Shown: positions 40,708-52,976 of the stretch, piece by piece
Layout: each line of letters starts with the position of its first letter
How positions within the stretch are numbered: position 1 is the first letter of the stretch
NCBI RefSeq assembly: GCF_006345805.1
Contig: NC_042999.1
Location: 96,782,001-96,846,000, forward strand
Reading direction: 5' to 3'
DNA: 64,000 nucleotides
Source of the DNA: Octopus sinensis
Lineage: Eukaryota
Made by a program: the position numbers and the translations under genes
Notes under the pieces: model-generated
Databases searched by the model: none
Told to the model about the DNA's origin: nothing
Seen by the model: the letters and a program-made list of their open reading frames with translations, nothing else

Positions 40708-42859
40708 AACACCTCTACTCTCTTACCTTTCCAGAAACTTACTAGAGAACATCTACCTCTTCAATGCTTCTTTTGTAAGTGGAACTTGAAAAAATCGTTG
40801 CATGCTTACCCACATCGAATAAAGAAAAAAAATATTGTAACAATAGCAGATAACAGTATATTAGCATGGGAAGGCTTCCCAACAGGGTGGGGCACCAACT
40901 AGGTCGACTTCGCCTTTCATCCTTTCAGGGTTAATAAAATAAGTACCAATTGATCACTGGGGTTGATATAATCGACTAACTCACTACCCTGAAATGGGTA
41001 TGTACTAGAATGTGAAACCAATTTACTGGAGGACAGTACCTTTATTTCGAGTTTCATCTTCTCTTTCAGTAGAAATTGAAAAGGTCGATGAGGGCTTGCC
41101 CGAAAATAAATAGCGTTTGTTGTCAGTTCTTCCTGTTCACTGGCTAAAGTAGCAGTAAAACTATTATAATGAATTTAAGTACAGTAGCGAAGACAAAACG
41201 TGTGGAGGTGTGCATAAATCAAAAATAATTGTAACAACAAAAGATTTTTCTTTAGAGGAAAATGAAATATGAATTACATCGGTAAATTTTGACATTAATG
41301 TCTTTTTGCTGAGACACAAATAATAATGTAATACATTTATTCATAAGATAAGTAAAGCTGGGACTAAGAAATGAGAAACAAGTGAAAACTTACGTTCAAG
41401 AGAAGATATCTTCAAATTGCAGTAGCGTTTGAAATAAAAGTTAATACAAGGACAATACTTTAAGGAATTGGATGAATGACTGGCGTTGTAAAATTATAGC
41501 CAAGGAAAATTATAGTCAGTCAGATGTAAAACATGACACTGGAGTACTTTCTCCAAACAAATTATAGTAAGTTACGTATAAGATTACTAAATTATCGTTT
41601 TGAAAAATATAGCGAAAAAGTGGCATGTTCTTAAGAGTGAAAAATTGGTATGTTCTTAAGAATATTTGGTTCTATGTTCGAATAGCCATGGGTCAATTTA
41701 AGCTTTTAAGTAAAATTGGATAGTTGGGAAAATGTATAAAATGTATTACAGCCCAACCGATGAACTGGGACTGTTTTTTCGCTAGTAATCAAAGCTCGAG
41801 AGAACACTATCATTTAGTTCTTAGGCGACTTTAGCAGAATTAAATTTTGTAGTCATTTGGACCAGATCTCTGATAATTTTTAATTCGTGGTTCCTTTCAA
41901 AGTGTCTCACACTGATCTCAAGGACCAGGAGAGAAAGTTGTATGCACTGTTTTTGTCATTTGACTACGTCCTCCCTTGTACCATCGAATCGGTGATTTCC
42001 TTGAGAAGCTGTGTATTTGTCATGAAATATTTGTGTAATAATACAAAGGAGGTTTCTAAAAGATATCATGTCATTGGTTAGATGCAAAAACGTCATCACA
42101 CTAGACCCAGAACAAATATTGTAAAAAATCTTATGCAGCTCCTTAACAATTCCATCAGTCTATTTCCCTGGGCATCTGCTTCATTTTATCGACTCCCAGT
42201 AATGAAAGATTAAATTAATCTCAATGAGATTTGAACTCAGAACGTACTGATTGGAACGAATACCCCTTGATATTTTATATGGCGCTTTTAAAATTCTGTC
42301 ACTTTCTCACTTTCTCCTTTGACTATGTCACCCAAAATGTGACAAACCATCACAGAATGAATGCCTTATATGCTGATGAGTTGATCAGTTACATCTATGT
42401 AGTAAGCGAATACCAAATAGTCTTCGAGTAAACCTTGATCTAAAAGCAGACAAAAACTTTTTGGCTTCAAAGTAAAATATAATTCGAAAGTATTGCATAA
42501 AAAATGAAGTAAAGCAGATTTGAAGAGAATGGAAATTGTGTATTGATCATTTATATTTTAATAACTTAAGAAACTAAAATTGTGATCTACGAAAAAGAGA
42601 AAACTGAGTAATATTAGCTTTTCAAGTGCAGAATTATAGCTATTTAGTCATTTACTAAAATAAATTAAGTACAGGAAGTTATCGGGTTATTGTATTGATA
42701 TTAGTAGTACACATTTCTTGTTAAGGTAGGAATTAGAATTAGGGAAATACCATTGAACCTATTTTGTTAGAAATAACTACATATACTAGGTAGAGTTTAG
42801 AAGATCTGAAAAATATTTAATAAAGCCAAGGCTGAAGTATGATCTGGAAAGCAAACTAC

Positions 42860-43869
42860 AACATCGCTTTAATATTCTAAAGTGGCGGACAAAATGCTTT
42901 GCAGTATTTGTTCTGAATTTTTATGCTGTGAGCTCAATTCTCACAGTGGTAAATTTTGCCTTTCCTTCCCTTACGGATCGGTAAAATAAATTACCAGTCA
43001 AATACCGGTGTACTTTGTCATCTAAGCATCTCCCTCTGCTTCAGGTCTTGAAATAATTGTTGTTGCTGTTATTTCCCTGAAATTTAGAGTATTTAGATCA
43101 ATCTTTTTATGTTCTAAATGCAAGTTCTTCCCAGAGGGAATTTAATTTTTATTTTTCTCGAGTCTATAAATGTAGGACCAATCAATCACTAAAGTTGAAG
43201 AAATATACTACACATCTTTCTAAGGTGTGTGGCCTTGACCCAAAATAAAAAAAATTCTTTATTTATATTTCTGTGATACTCAGGAGCAACGCTAAGGGGA
43301 GATAAACTACTAAGTCAGTTGTGTAATTGATACGGTTATGCAAGATATAACGGCCATTAATTCTAAAAAGTGGGTCGGAAATAAATTGTCAATATTATTA
43401 TCCAGGCAGTTAAGGCGACGAGATAGCAGAATCGTTAGTACGCTGGGCAAAAGGTTTAGTCGCATTTCGTCTGTCCTTACGTTCTGAGCTCAAATTCCAC
43501 CGAGGTTAACCTTTCCTTTCATCTTTTTGGAGTCGATAAATTAAGTACCAGTTAAGCACTGGAGTCAAACTCTACACATGCACACACAAACACACAGTGA
43601 AATTGCTAGCATTGTGCCAAAACAAGAAACCATTATTATTATTATTTGGGTAGTTATGGTGGCGAGCTAGCTGAATCGTTATCTTACAAAATACCTAGCA
43701 TAATTTCATTGGGCTTTATGTTCTGAGTTCAAATTCCGCGGTGGTTAGCTTTGCTTTTCATACGTTCGGCGTCGATAAAATAAGTACCAGTGAAGAATTG
43801 GATCGATGTAATCAACCAGTTCCTTCCCCCTTATAGTAGAAAAGTTGTTTATTATTATTATTATTATTA

Positions 43870-43907
<38 letters not shown>

Positions 43908-43930
43908 CATTATTATTGTTATTATTATTA

Positions 43931-43969
<39 letters not shown>

Positions 43970-44230
43970 CTAAGTAGTTAAGGCGGTGAGCTGGCTGAGT
44001 TGTTACCCGCCGGACTAAATGCTCAGTGGCATTTATTGTATTTTTGTGTTCTGAGTTGAAGGTTGGCTTTGCCTTTCATCCTATCGGAGTCGATGAAATA
44101 AGTATCGGTTAAGCACTGGATTCGATGTAATTGGCTACCTCCTCTCCCATAAAATTTCAGACCTTTTGTCTATAGTAGAAAGAATTATTTCTCGATTAGT
44201 TGAGGTGGTAAGCTGGCAATATCATTAGAA
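42860..44230 (+). mobile_element. Cluster of 4-5 same-orientation SINE family A copies separated by (TTA)n
   Basis: Heads at ~42880, 43412, 43657, 43981 and partial ~44206. Confidence 0.75.
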
Positions 44231-45846
44231 AGTCGTGCAAAATAGTTGGTGTTATTTTTTTCTGATTCATTACGCACATTTTCTATACCTAAATTCATAC
44301 CAATACTCAAACTAGATTCATTTATTCTATGCAACAAATGTAACATTATCTCCAGCATACAACTTGGTGTCATTTATATATGGCTGAATGTTAACTTTTG
44401 TACCCATTACTTTCAGTTTTAGCATGATGGTTAAATGTTTTTGTGTTAAGCATAAAAGAATCCATTGGAGTATTAATCTTTTACTGAGGATAAGTTTCGT
44501 TTTTATATATTCTCTCCTTTGTTAGTATGTGCCAAATTGTTTCCCATTTATTTTGACGTTTGAAAAATCTGCCTGTTATCTTATTCATGCCGAATGTTTC
44601 CAGAATTTACAGGTCGGAAACACTCTCAAAAGTTTTTTGTTGTAAACTTATGCCCTGCTCGCATCCATTTTTCTCCTGTTACAATTTTCAGCTGTAATAA
44701 TTAATAGTTATTAACATATAATTTTAGTTGCATCACGACTATCCTTGTGGAAGTGAGGTTTTTCTTATGAATTTTATCGGTCGTTATTTATCGTCAGTGA
44801 TATTATTGCAATTAATTCTTATTAAACTAAAGGCGGGAAGAATTTGAATGTGTAGTTTTAGAGTTTCGTTTTTTCATCGGACTTAGGAAGTCACTTAATT
44901 TCATTTCGGTGATACATTCAAATATTATTTCTAGCTGTTTCAATTAATCATTTAATATTTTTCGTTATTTATTATTTTTTTTGTTAATCCTGTATATTTT
45001 CTTGTAAATGTTCCATTTCTAAGATTGATATTTTGTTTTTGGAATGTATTTTCTTCCATAATTCAATCTGCTGTGATTCAAATTTATATTGTGATCAGAG
45101 TTAATTTTCCACTTTATTTGTGTAACGGCTCACAATGCTCTCCTAACTGAAACCGTTCCTGAATATTCTAGCCATATTGTCGATTTCCTAGATCACTTCG
45201 TGTGGAAGGGCGACGTCTTGCTACTCAAATGATGATCTGTTGCTAACACCCATTCCAGACAGGTGGTTCTATGATTCCTTTGATAGATAGTGCACAGGGA
45301 TGCACTATTGTCACAATACGAACAGAAATACTAGACTATAGACCAAAAGTCGTCGTCGTTTGCAAGATACATCTATTCACAATCGGTAAATCGTAGGGTA
45401 AAACTGGATAATTGTTGGTGTTTAACTATGACACTTTACATTCTGCTTTCATATCTAATTACAGTCAAATATGCTCAATATTACACCGCCTCTTTACAAT
45501 CAGTCTTTTTACGCAGTTCTGATTAGAATATTGACACAATATGGCCTTCTACTACAAAAACCTCTATACCTCATCATTCACTCGTAAAATAAAGACGCTG
45601 TAATGTTATCTGGTTTACTCTCTCTTTCCTTTGAACTGTATGCCTAATATTGCAAAAAAAGCTTCTAGCATTAATAAAGAGGCATCTTTCAATCAGCAAT
45701 AGAGAAAACAATGTGTATAACCTTGCACTAAATTACAACTAAGAAGAGTTTAATATCATTGAAACAAACTAAATTAAGGCCGACTCTAAGGGCAGAAATA
45801 AAAATGCATACCCCTTAACATTGTGTGCAACACTGAATTGATTATA

Positions 45847-46570
45847 CTAGATCTGATCAATAAGTATCCGGACTGTTGCCATAGTAACAAAGCTGAAGCA
45901 GGCAGGGTAAAGCCACTTGGCAAGGATTGACCTGGGACTCTGTTGTGCATGCACACTAAGTTGTAACGCTCTCGATCACTTTCACTGTTTATAGCTGTAC
46001 TTGGAATGAATGTATGTAGCGTGTGATTGTTGCATTGACCATGACAGAGAAAATTGTCATGGCGATACCTGATCAGATGCTTACGCAAAGTTGCAGAAAG
46101 TGTATGGAGAGGAGTGTATGAGCCACTTGCAACTGTACGAGAGGTTCAGATGTTTCCAAGATGGCCGAAAAAATGTCGATAGTAACGAACGTTCTGGGAG
46201 ACCCGCAACCAGCAGAATTAAGAAAAACATTGCAGATATGCGTACAGCTGTGAGGGGAAATCGTCGAATCACCATCCGTGAGTTATCAGAAGTTGTGCAG
46301 ATTAGTTACAGTTCAGTTTAGTCCATTATCGCTGGAGATGTGGGAATGAGACGTGTGTCTGCAAAGTTTGTGCCAAAACTCTGCTCAACTTTCTCTGTCA
46401 TGGTCAACACGTTCCTTCCAAGCATTGCTGTAAACAGTAAATGTGAGCTAGAACGTTGAAACTTAGTGCACATGCACAACAGAGTTTAAGGTTAGTGTGT
46501 GCCAAGCGGGTTTACTCTGAGTGCTTTAGCTTCGTTACTATAGCAACAGCCTGAATACTTATTGATCACG
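45847..46570 (+). mobile_element. Non-autonomous mariner derivative with ~200 bp inverted ends
   Basis: TA-flanked ends GATCTGATCAATAAGTATCCGGAC / CTGAATACTTATTGATCA; transposase N-terminus VYGEECMS..RSGRP..RRITIREL..VSAKFVPKL, then the inverted left end. Confidence 0.85.
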
Positions 46571-47727
46571 TATATCCAGTAAACTCCGCCTTTACCAAAC
46601 CAAACTTTGACGACGTGTGTAAATACTATCTAGGTAAAATGTTATTCCTTCAAAATATAGATAAAAGTAATACCATAAAATTATCATATGATGTTTGGTG
46701 TTTTGATGAACATTCTACAGATTGTTACATATGAAGAGAATCCTATTACGATGTAGACCACCTGAAACACGACAAAATTTTGCGGATTGCACATAGTTTA
46801 GAAGAGGCTTATTTCAAGGACATTAATAAACATGAACAGTCAATAACAGAGTTGAATTTGCCATTAAATGTCACCACAACAAGTAACCTTTGAAGCACTG
46901 AAATATTTGTCAACACCTGACGGAATGAATCTAGACGTTACTGGTGCAATCCCACACTCTGTGTTTCTATATCCGGTCTGAACACCATACGAACAAACTT
47001 CACTGTATTTTATAACAATAAACGCTTTAGCATGTTCAAAACATCATTCTTTATCTTTCATTTAGCAGAAGAAATCCTTATTAACTGTGTACAAAAAACA
47101 ATAACATTTTTAGTATTTCTCTCTTAAAATTTTAATGAAAAATACACACATCGAATTTCATTACAGTTTAAAATATTACAAAATTTCATACATCATATGC
47201 TCAAAATTTAACTTCCATATACATTTAGGAGTCTAGGAATCTTTTCTTGCCCTATGTGAATTTTGAAGCCTATCACCTTTATCTGTGTGTGTCTCTCTCT
47301 GTATATATATTAATATATGTGTGCGTATATATGTATATGTGTATGTAAGTATGTATACATGCATGTATGTATGTATGTATGTATGTATGTATGTATGTAT
47401 GTATGTATGTACGTACGTACGTACGTACGTATGTATGTATGTATGTATGTATGTATGTATGTATGTATGTATGTATGTATGTATGCTTGTGTATAACACT
47501 TTTTCTAATAGCCAAAGAAAATTATCTTCCGCCAACAATATTTTAATGTTAGCTCTTATGTTCTTAACTATTTTATCCAAATATTTTACATAATAACTAT
47601 CCATAATGATTACTTGACAGAGAAGGAGCGTGAAACGGGAAGCTACTTTCTATAATCACAAAATATATCATTATACACACACGCATGCACATGCACATAT
47701 ACATATGTGCACACACGTACACACACA

Positions 47728-47768
<41 letters not shown>

Positions 47769-47795
47769 ACACACACATATATATATATTTATATA

Positions 47796-48691
47796 TAGGG
47801 TGCTTCAAAATATTTGATATCATTTGAGATATAAATATTACAGAAACTACATAGTCAAAGCAAATGAAACTAAACAGGCTTAATGTTTAGCAACATAAGA
47901 TTTTTCCTCCTAATTTGAATGAGAAATTCAAAGGTTTGTGGATTCCATGAACGATTTCACAAAAACGAGCCATGTAGATACTTATTGGAGACGGCGCACA
48001 ACACATTCACTTTTATTGAGTCCTTCTCATGCACAGCTGTGGCATTTGGATTTTCTTCGCCTCAAATGCGAACATTATGCTTATTGACTTTGCCTTTCGT
48101 ATGAAATATGACCTCAACACTGAAAACAAAACGTTCCTTGAACTCGGCTTCTTCAACTTTCTCTTGCATAACAACACAGAATTGTTTGCGCCTTCGCTTG
48201 TTATCTGCTGTTATGGCCTGAACGAGCTGCAATATGTAGGGTTTCATTAGCAAGCGTTTCTTCATGGCGCGCCATATTGTCGTTGGCGGAATCTGGGCTT
48301 CCAGACGTGTTCTTCTTATGGACTTCCTGGCGCTTCGCAAGAGTTTTGAGTGAACCCGCTCAACCATCTTTTCCGACGTCAGTGGTCACCCAGATCCTTT
48401 TGCCCTGCACAGACAGCCTTCCTCTTTGAACTTTGTGTGCTATTTCCATATCTACATTGCCGTTGGTGATGTTTTAGACAACTGTCTCACAAATGTACGC
48501 TGCACAGTCTTGTTCGGCTGTGTTCAAGTATATTCCAACACAGTGAATGCCTGAAAAGATAAACATATTAAACATTAAACATAAAATTTTGACCTGCTTC
48601 TACACATCCTGTTAAAATTTGAAGTCATTTGAACAAAAACTGGCAAAGTTATTAGATCGCGAAATGATATCAAATTTTTTGAAACACCCTG
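47796..48691 (-). mobile_element. Internally deleted Tc1/mariner-superfamily transposon
   Basis: ~31 bp TIRs (T/C)AGGGTG(C/T)TTCAAAA(T/A)ATTTGATATCATTT; minus transposase remnant RKSIRR...KPYILQLVQ...FVFSVEVIFHTKGKVNKHNVRI. Confidence 0.85.
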
Positions 48692-48696
48692 TGTAC

Positions 48697-48753
<57 letters not shown>

Positions 48754-48763
48754 ATATATATAT

Positions 48764-48858
<95 letters not shown>

Positions 48859-48907
48859 ATATATATATGTATACATATATACGTATATGTATGTGTATAT
48901 ATATATA

Positions 48908-49276
48908 TAATAGAAATATTAAAATTACTAAGTCTCTCTAAAAGAGAACAGCGGCAGCGTTCCCGGAAAATAATAGTTATCGCCATACTAATATGGCATT
49001 CTTATAAAGATAAGAATAAAACCATCGAACAGAGATTGTCAGAAGCGACACCTACTGGCTGGCTACGCTGCATTGAAAAGGGGCAATACCCCGAAACGCG
49101 TCTGTAGCTGCCGGTCAAGTAGTGTGGAGCGACTGACCTCCCTTGTTCGAAGGTTATATGGATAGTGTTTGTGTATCAAATAGCTAACTTAAGGCGATGG
49201 CCTCATGGAGCTAGTAAGCGGTCAGCTTTATTCTTATTTTTATAAGAATGCCATATTAGTATGGCGATAACTATTA
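48908..49276 (+). mobile_element. HHR-bearing retrozyme/Penelope-like terminal unit with inverted 5' segment, inside (TA)n
   Basis: 48971-49020 is inverted relative to 49227-49276; 48908-48951 is inverted relative to 49798-49841; intact HHR in the middle. Confidence 0.8.
49052..49122 (+). ncRNA. Type I hammerhead ribozyme, U3:A8 core variant (copy 1)
   Basis: GCUGCA-UUGAAAA-GGGG-CAAUA-CCCC-GAAAC-GC-GUC-UGUAGC; stem I extended by GGCUGGC/GCCGGUC and CUACU/AGUAG; predicted cleavage after 49102. Confidence 0.88.
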
Positions 49277-49277
49277 T

Positions 49278-49337
<60 letters not shown>

Positions 49338-49416
49338 ATATTATGTATATACTTATAGATATATAGACAGACAGACAGACAGACAGATAGACAGGCAGAT
49401 AGACAGACAGACAGAC

Positions 49417-49452
<36 letters not shown>

Positions 49453-49473
49453 GATAGATAGATAGATAGATAG

Positions 49474-49555
<82 letters not shown>

Positions 49556-49740
49556 TGTTTCTTTATTAGCCACACAGGGCTGCACACAGATAGAACAAAT
49601 TACAAGGTAGAGCTTTTCTTTTGAAGGTTTAAAAAAAAAAAAAAAAAGGAAAGGGGGAGTTTCGATCAAAAGGGATCGTAAAAGGAGAGAAAGAGGACAA
49701 AAAAGGGGGGGGTTAAAAAAGGGGGGAGAGGTAAAATTTA
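49556..49740 (-). mobile_element. 3'-terminal fragment of Tx1-like family b adjoining (GATA)n
   Basis: Near-identical to 55701-55875, the 3' UTR end of the minus-strand zf-RVT-coding element. Confidence 0.8.
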
Positions 49741-50138
49741 ACCCTGCCCTCCATCTACCCCCAAACATTTTGAAGATAAAAGAAGAAAAAAAAGAAACTG
49801 TTCTCTTTTAGAGAGACTTAGTAATTTTAATATTTCTATTATTGAAAACAAGTGGATGTATTCCACCGAAACTAGATAAATAAAACCATCGAACAGAGAT
49901 TGTCAGAAGCGACACCTACTGATTTTTCCTTGGATTACGTCGGATTATTTTACGCTGTAAGCTGTTATGTTAGTTCGTTCTGTTCTGGATTTATACGTAC
50001 AATTTTTGGAGTATTAACTTGTGAAACAAAGTAATTTTCGCCCTTCGGGGTAGAAAATTTCTTTTTATATATGAACTTTAATTCAGTGTGGAAGTAATTT
50101 TTATCTTGTCTCTTGTGACAAGTCACTTGCATTTTAAT

Positions 50139-51245
50139 ATGGATCTTGACTTAACGTCAAATTCTGATTTTCCCGAGATGGGAGAAGTTATAAAGCAAAA
50201 GGATACAAAGGAGAAACAAAGTTTTTCGGAAGCCGTTGGAGGCAATGTTATAGAACTGGAAGTAGCAATGGGGGATCTCTTCAAGTTCAGAAAGTTCATA
50301 CAAAGGAATGGAGAAGAAACGAGAATAATACCGCCCCCTGACTCCTTACAAGCAATCCGTGAGAAGACGGTAATTTATAAGGTATATAATATTAAGGAAA
50401 AAAAGATTGCAGATGTAAAAAATGAATTGGTAGAACGGTGCATGGCACCAATTTGGAACAAGGTTCGCTATGTTGGCCGAGGAGTGAGAAGCGCTACTAT
50501 TGAAGCCCATTTCGAGTCGGCTAGCATAGCGAAGGAAATTTCAACTCAAACGTTGAAGAGTGCAGACATCTTGTTGCTGCCCACGTACTTAGGGCGCAGA
50601 ACAGCTAAGGTAACAATAGAGGATATACCAACAGGTTACGATGTAATGTGGGCAGCAACAGCGGTCGTATTCGACGTAGAAGAGAAATTAAACATTTTAA
50701 ACATGAGGATGAAAGAGGCAAAATTTTGGAAAGGTCAGCAGCTTGAAATGATCGTTCAAGCTGACAATGCAACGCTGGAGAGTTTGCCAGACAGGGTCTT
50801 CGTGGGGGATGGACACACTATGCGGGTATCGGTGGAGGGACGTAGCCCCAGATGTTTCAAATGTGGGCAGAAGGGTCACGTCCGCTCAGAGTGCAAAAAG
50901 AAAAAACCCGTTATTGCCCCCATTCAAACCGCTGTGGAGAACAAAGCAGACATCACAGCAACAACAAAAGAGAATACCCGGAAAAAGCAAAATGAAAGTC
51001 AAAAGGAGGAAAAGAAAATGAATGGAAAACAAAACGAAAACGAAAACGAGGTGGAAAATAATTTATCAAATGGAAAAGAACTGGAAGTAATGGAATATAC
51101 GACTGTAACCAACAAAAAGAAGAAATCCAATACCCCGGACTCCCCACCCCAAACAAAAAGAAAAACAAACGCAGAAGAACAACACAAAAAGAATTATCCA
51201 ATCCCACCCCGCTGGCACTACTTTTGTAGGCCAGCATTTCATTAA
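50139..51245 (+). CDS. Tx1 ORF1p, gag-like nucleic-acid-binding protein with zinc knuckle
   Basis: First ATG at 50139; CFKCGQKGHVRSEC (CX2CX4HX4C); K/E-rich tail; C-terminus probably frameshifted. Confidence 0.85.
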   Translation: MDLDLTSNSDFPEMGEVIKQKDTKEKQSFSEAVGGNVIELEVAMGDLFKFRKFIQRNGEETRIIPPPDSLQAIREKTVIYKVYNIKEKKIADVKNELVERCMAPIWNKVRYVGRGVRSATIEAHFESASIAKEISTQTLKSADILLLPTYLGRRTAKVTIEDIPTGYDVMWAATAVVFDVEEKLNILNMRMKEAKFWKGQQLEMIVQADNATLESLPDRVFVGDGHTMRVSVEGRSPRCFKCGQKGHVRSECKKKKPVIAPIQTAVENKADITATTKENTRKKQNESQKEEKKMNGKQNENENEVENNLSNGKELEVMEYTTVTNKKKKSNTPDSPPQTKRKTNAEEQHKKNYPIPPRWHYFCRPAFH

Positions 51246-51324
51246 ACCCCAGCCCCCAACTTTAAAAGGATTCAAAAAAAACCGATAGGTGCATTGCTTA
51301 TAACACAAAAAACGAGAGAGTAGT

Positions 51325-51621
51325 TTGGTACATAAAGGCGAAACCAAACATAAAATGTTTCAAATCATCGGAAAAATCCCGGATTGGAGGTATGCGAAGG
51401 TTGGAGAGGAGGAATGGAAGGAGAGACTCTTCCAACTACACGTGAGGGACAACCTGATTAAAGATGTCACACAAGAGGTGATAGCTGGAAAATTGAATAT
51501 TAGCCCGGCAGCCACTCCATCCCAGAGCCCGGTGGCAACGCCGGTTAAATGCCCAGCAACAACGGAGAGTGTGGGGGAGGCAGGCAGACAAAAGCTGCCA
51601 TGCTCCCTCTCACAACCGTAA
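51325..51621 (+). pseudogene. Probable out-of-frame continuation of ORF1
   Basis: Open frame ending just before the ORF2 ATG; no motif recognised. Confidence 0.4.
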
Positions 51622-51645
51622 GTAACAAACTTTCTTCATTCATCG

Positions 51646-52968
51646 ATGATTAAGTTGGGCTGTATAAATGTGCGTGGAATGGGGTCGAAATGGAAACAGG
51701 CTTGCTTGCTGGACGACCTCAAGACACACAGAATAGATGTAGCCATTGTCACCGAGTCCAAGATGAGAGGAACCCAAGCGTTCTCGCATCTTCTCAATGG
51801 TTACGAGAAATTTATTTCTCCTAGCCGAGGAGGGAGTGCAGGCGTGGCAGTCCTTATCAGGAAGAACTTGGACTTACAGGTAAGTACTGTCTTTATGGAC
51901 CCAGAAGGTAGGCTGGTTGTCCTCGATGTAACTCACATGAGTAAGCAGTCCTTCAGGTTGGTAGCTGTTTATGCTCCTAATGAGGGTAGGCAGACTGGTT
52001 TTTATCGGAACTTGGAGCACTTTCTAGTGACGTCTAAATCGGTAGAATTGGTAGGGGATTTCAACACTATCATCGATGCGCGGATAGATAGTGTGGGCTC
52101 GTCTGATAGAAGGGGGAATCCTTGCCTCAAGGGACTACTGACGAGCTTTAATCTAGTAGATCGGTTTCGAATGGATGAGCCGAGCATTCCACAGTGGACG
52201 TGGAGTAACAATGACGGCTCACGCAGATCGTATATAGATAGGGTATTTGTTAAAGAACGAGATAGGAATAGCATTAGCTGTCCACAATTTTGTATTGTGC
52301 CTTACACGGATCACAAATTAGTGACGTGTGAGGTACATGTAGATAAATGCCATAGACAGGGACCCGGATACTGGAAAATGAACAAGTCTATTTTGTCTTG
52401 TGAAGCTTTCCGAAAACGGATTATGGAATTAGTCCAGAGGGCATTATGTGGAACCATCATTAATAATAGATGGTGGATCGCCCTCAAGAGAGCCATCCGT
52501 TTGGAGTCCATTAGATTTAGCAACCAGCTAAGTTTAGATAGGACTAGAATAGAGGGCGATTTAGTTAAGAACTTAGACGAGGCAATGGGATCTGGCTGTG
52601 CATCTAGAGTGTTAGCAGAGAGAACGATCTTGTACCGTCACCTCAATGCCAAGCATGAAGGATGTAGAGTCAGAGCTAAGCTACGTGCAGTGAAACGAGA
52701 AGGTATTAATGTTGCCGGATGGGCACGTCGTGTGGAGAGTCAGAAGGGCAAAAAGTCCTCTATTAAGTCTTTAACTGACGAACAGGGACGCAAAATCTAT
52801 GGACAGGAGGAGATACAGAAGGTCTTTCAACAGCATTTCGCTCGGTTGTTTGGGGAGGGCGATCCACTAGAGCGAGGGGAGGACTTACAGAACTTCCTAG
52901 CTGGTGGGCCTCGGCTCTCGCCAAGCAGAGCGGAACGCTGGAAGGACCGATTACTCCCGCGGAGGTAA
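51646..52968 (+). CDS. Tx1 ORF2p N-terminal part: apurinic-like endonuclease
   Basis: MIKLGCINVRG, VTES, VAVYAPN, LVGDFN, SYIDRV, TDHKLV, GYWKMN; -1 frameshift at ~52940. Confidence 0.9.
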   Translation: MIKLGCINVRGMGSKWKQACLLDDLKTHRIDVAIVTESKMRGTQAFSHLLNGYEKFISPSRGGSAGVAVLIRKNLDLQVSTVFMDPEGRLVVLDVTHMSKQSFRLVAVYAPNEGRQTGFYRNLEHFLVTSKSVELVGDFNTIIDARIDSVGSSDRRGNPCLKGLLTSFNLVDRFRMDEPSIPQWTWSNNDGSRRSYIDRVFVKERDRNSISCPQFCIVPYTDHKLVTCEVHVDKCHRQGPGYWKMNKSILSCEAFRKRIMELVQRALCGTIINNRWWIALKRAIRLESIRFSNQLSLDRTRIEGDLVKNLDEAMGSGCASRVLAERTILYRHLNAKHEGCRVRAKLRAVKREGINVAGWARRVESQKGKKSSIKSLTDEQGRKIYGQEEIQKVFQQHFARLFGEGDPLERGEDLQNFLAGGPRLSPSRAERWKDRLLPRR

Positions 52969-52976
52969 GAGGGGTT

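Noticed and set aside
41040-41094. Possible 55-nt minus-strand exon (AG…AAG|GTACTG)
   Set aside because: Weak acceptor, no partner exons, peptide not recognisable
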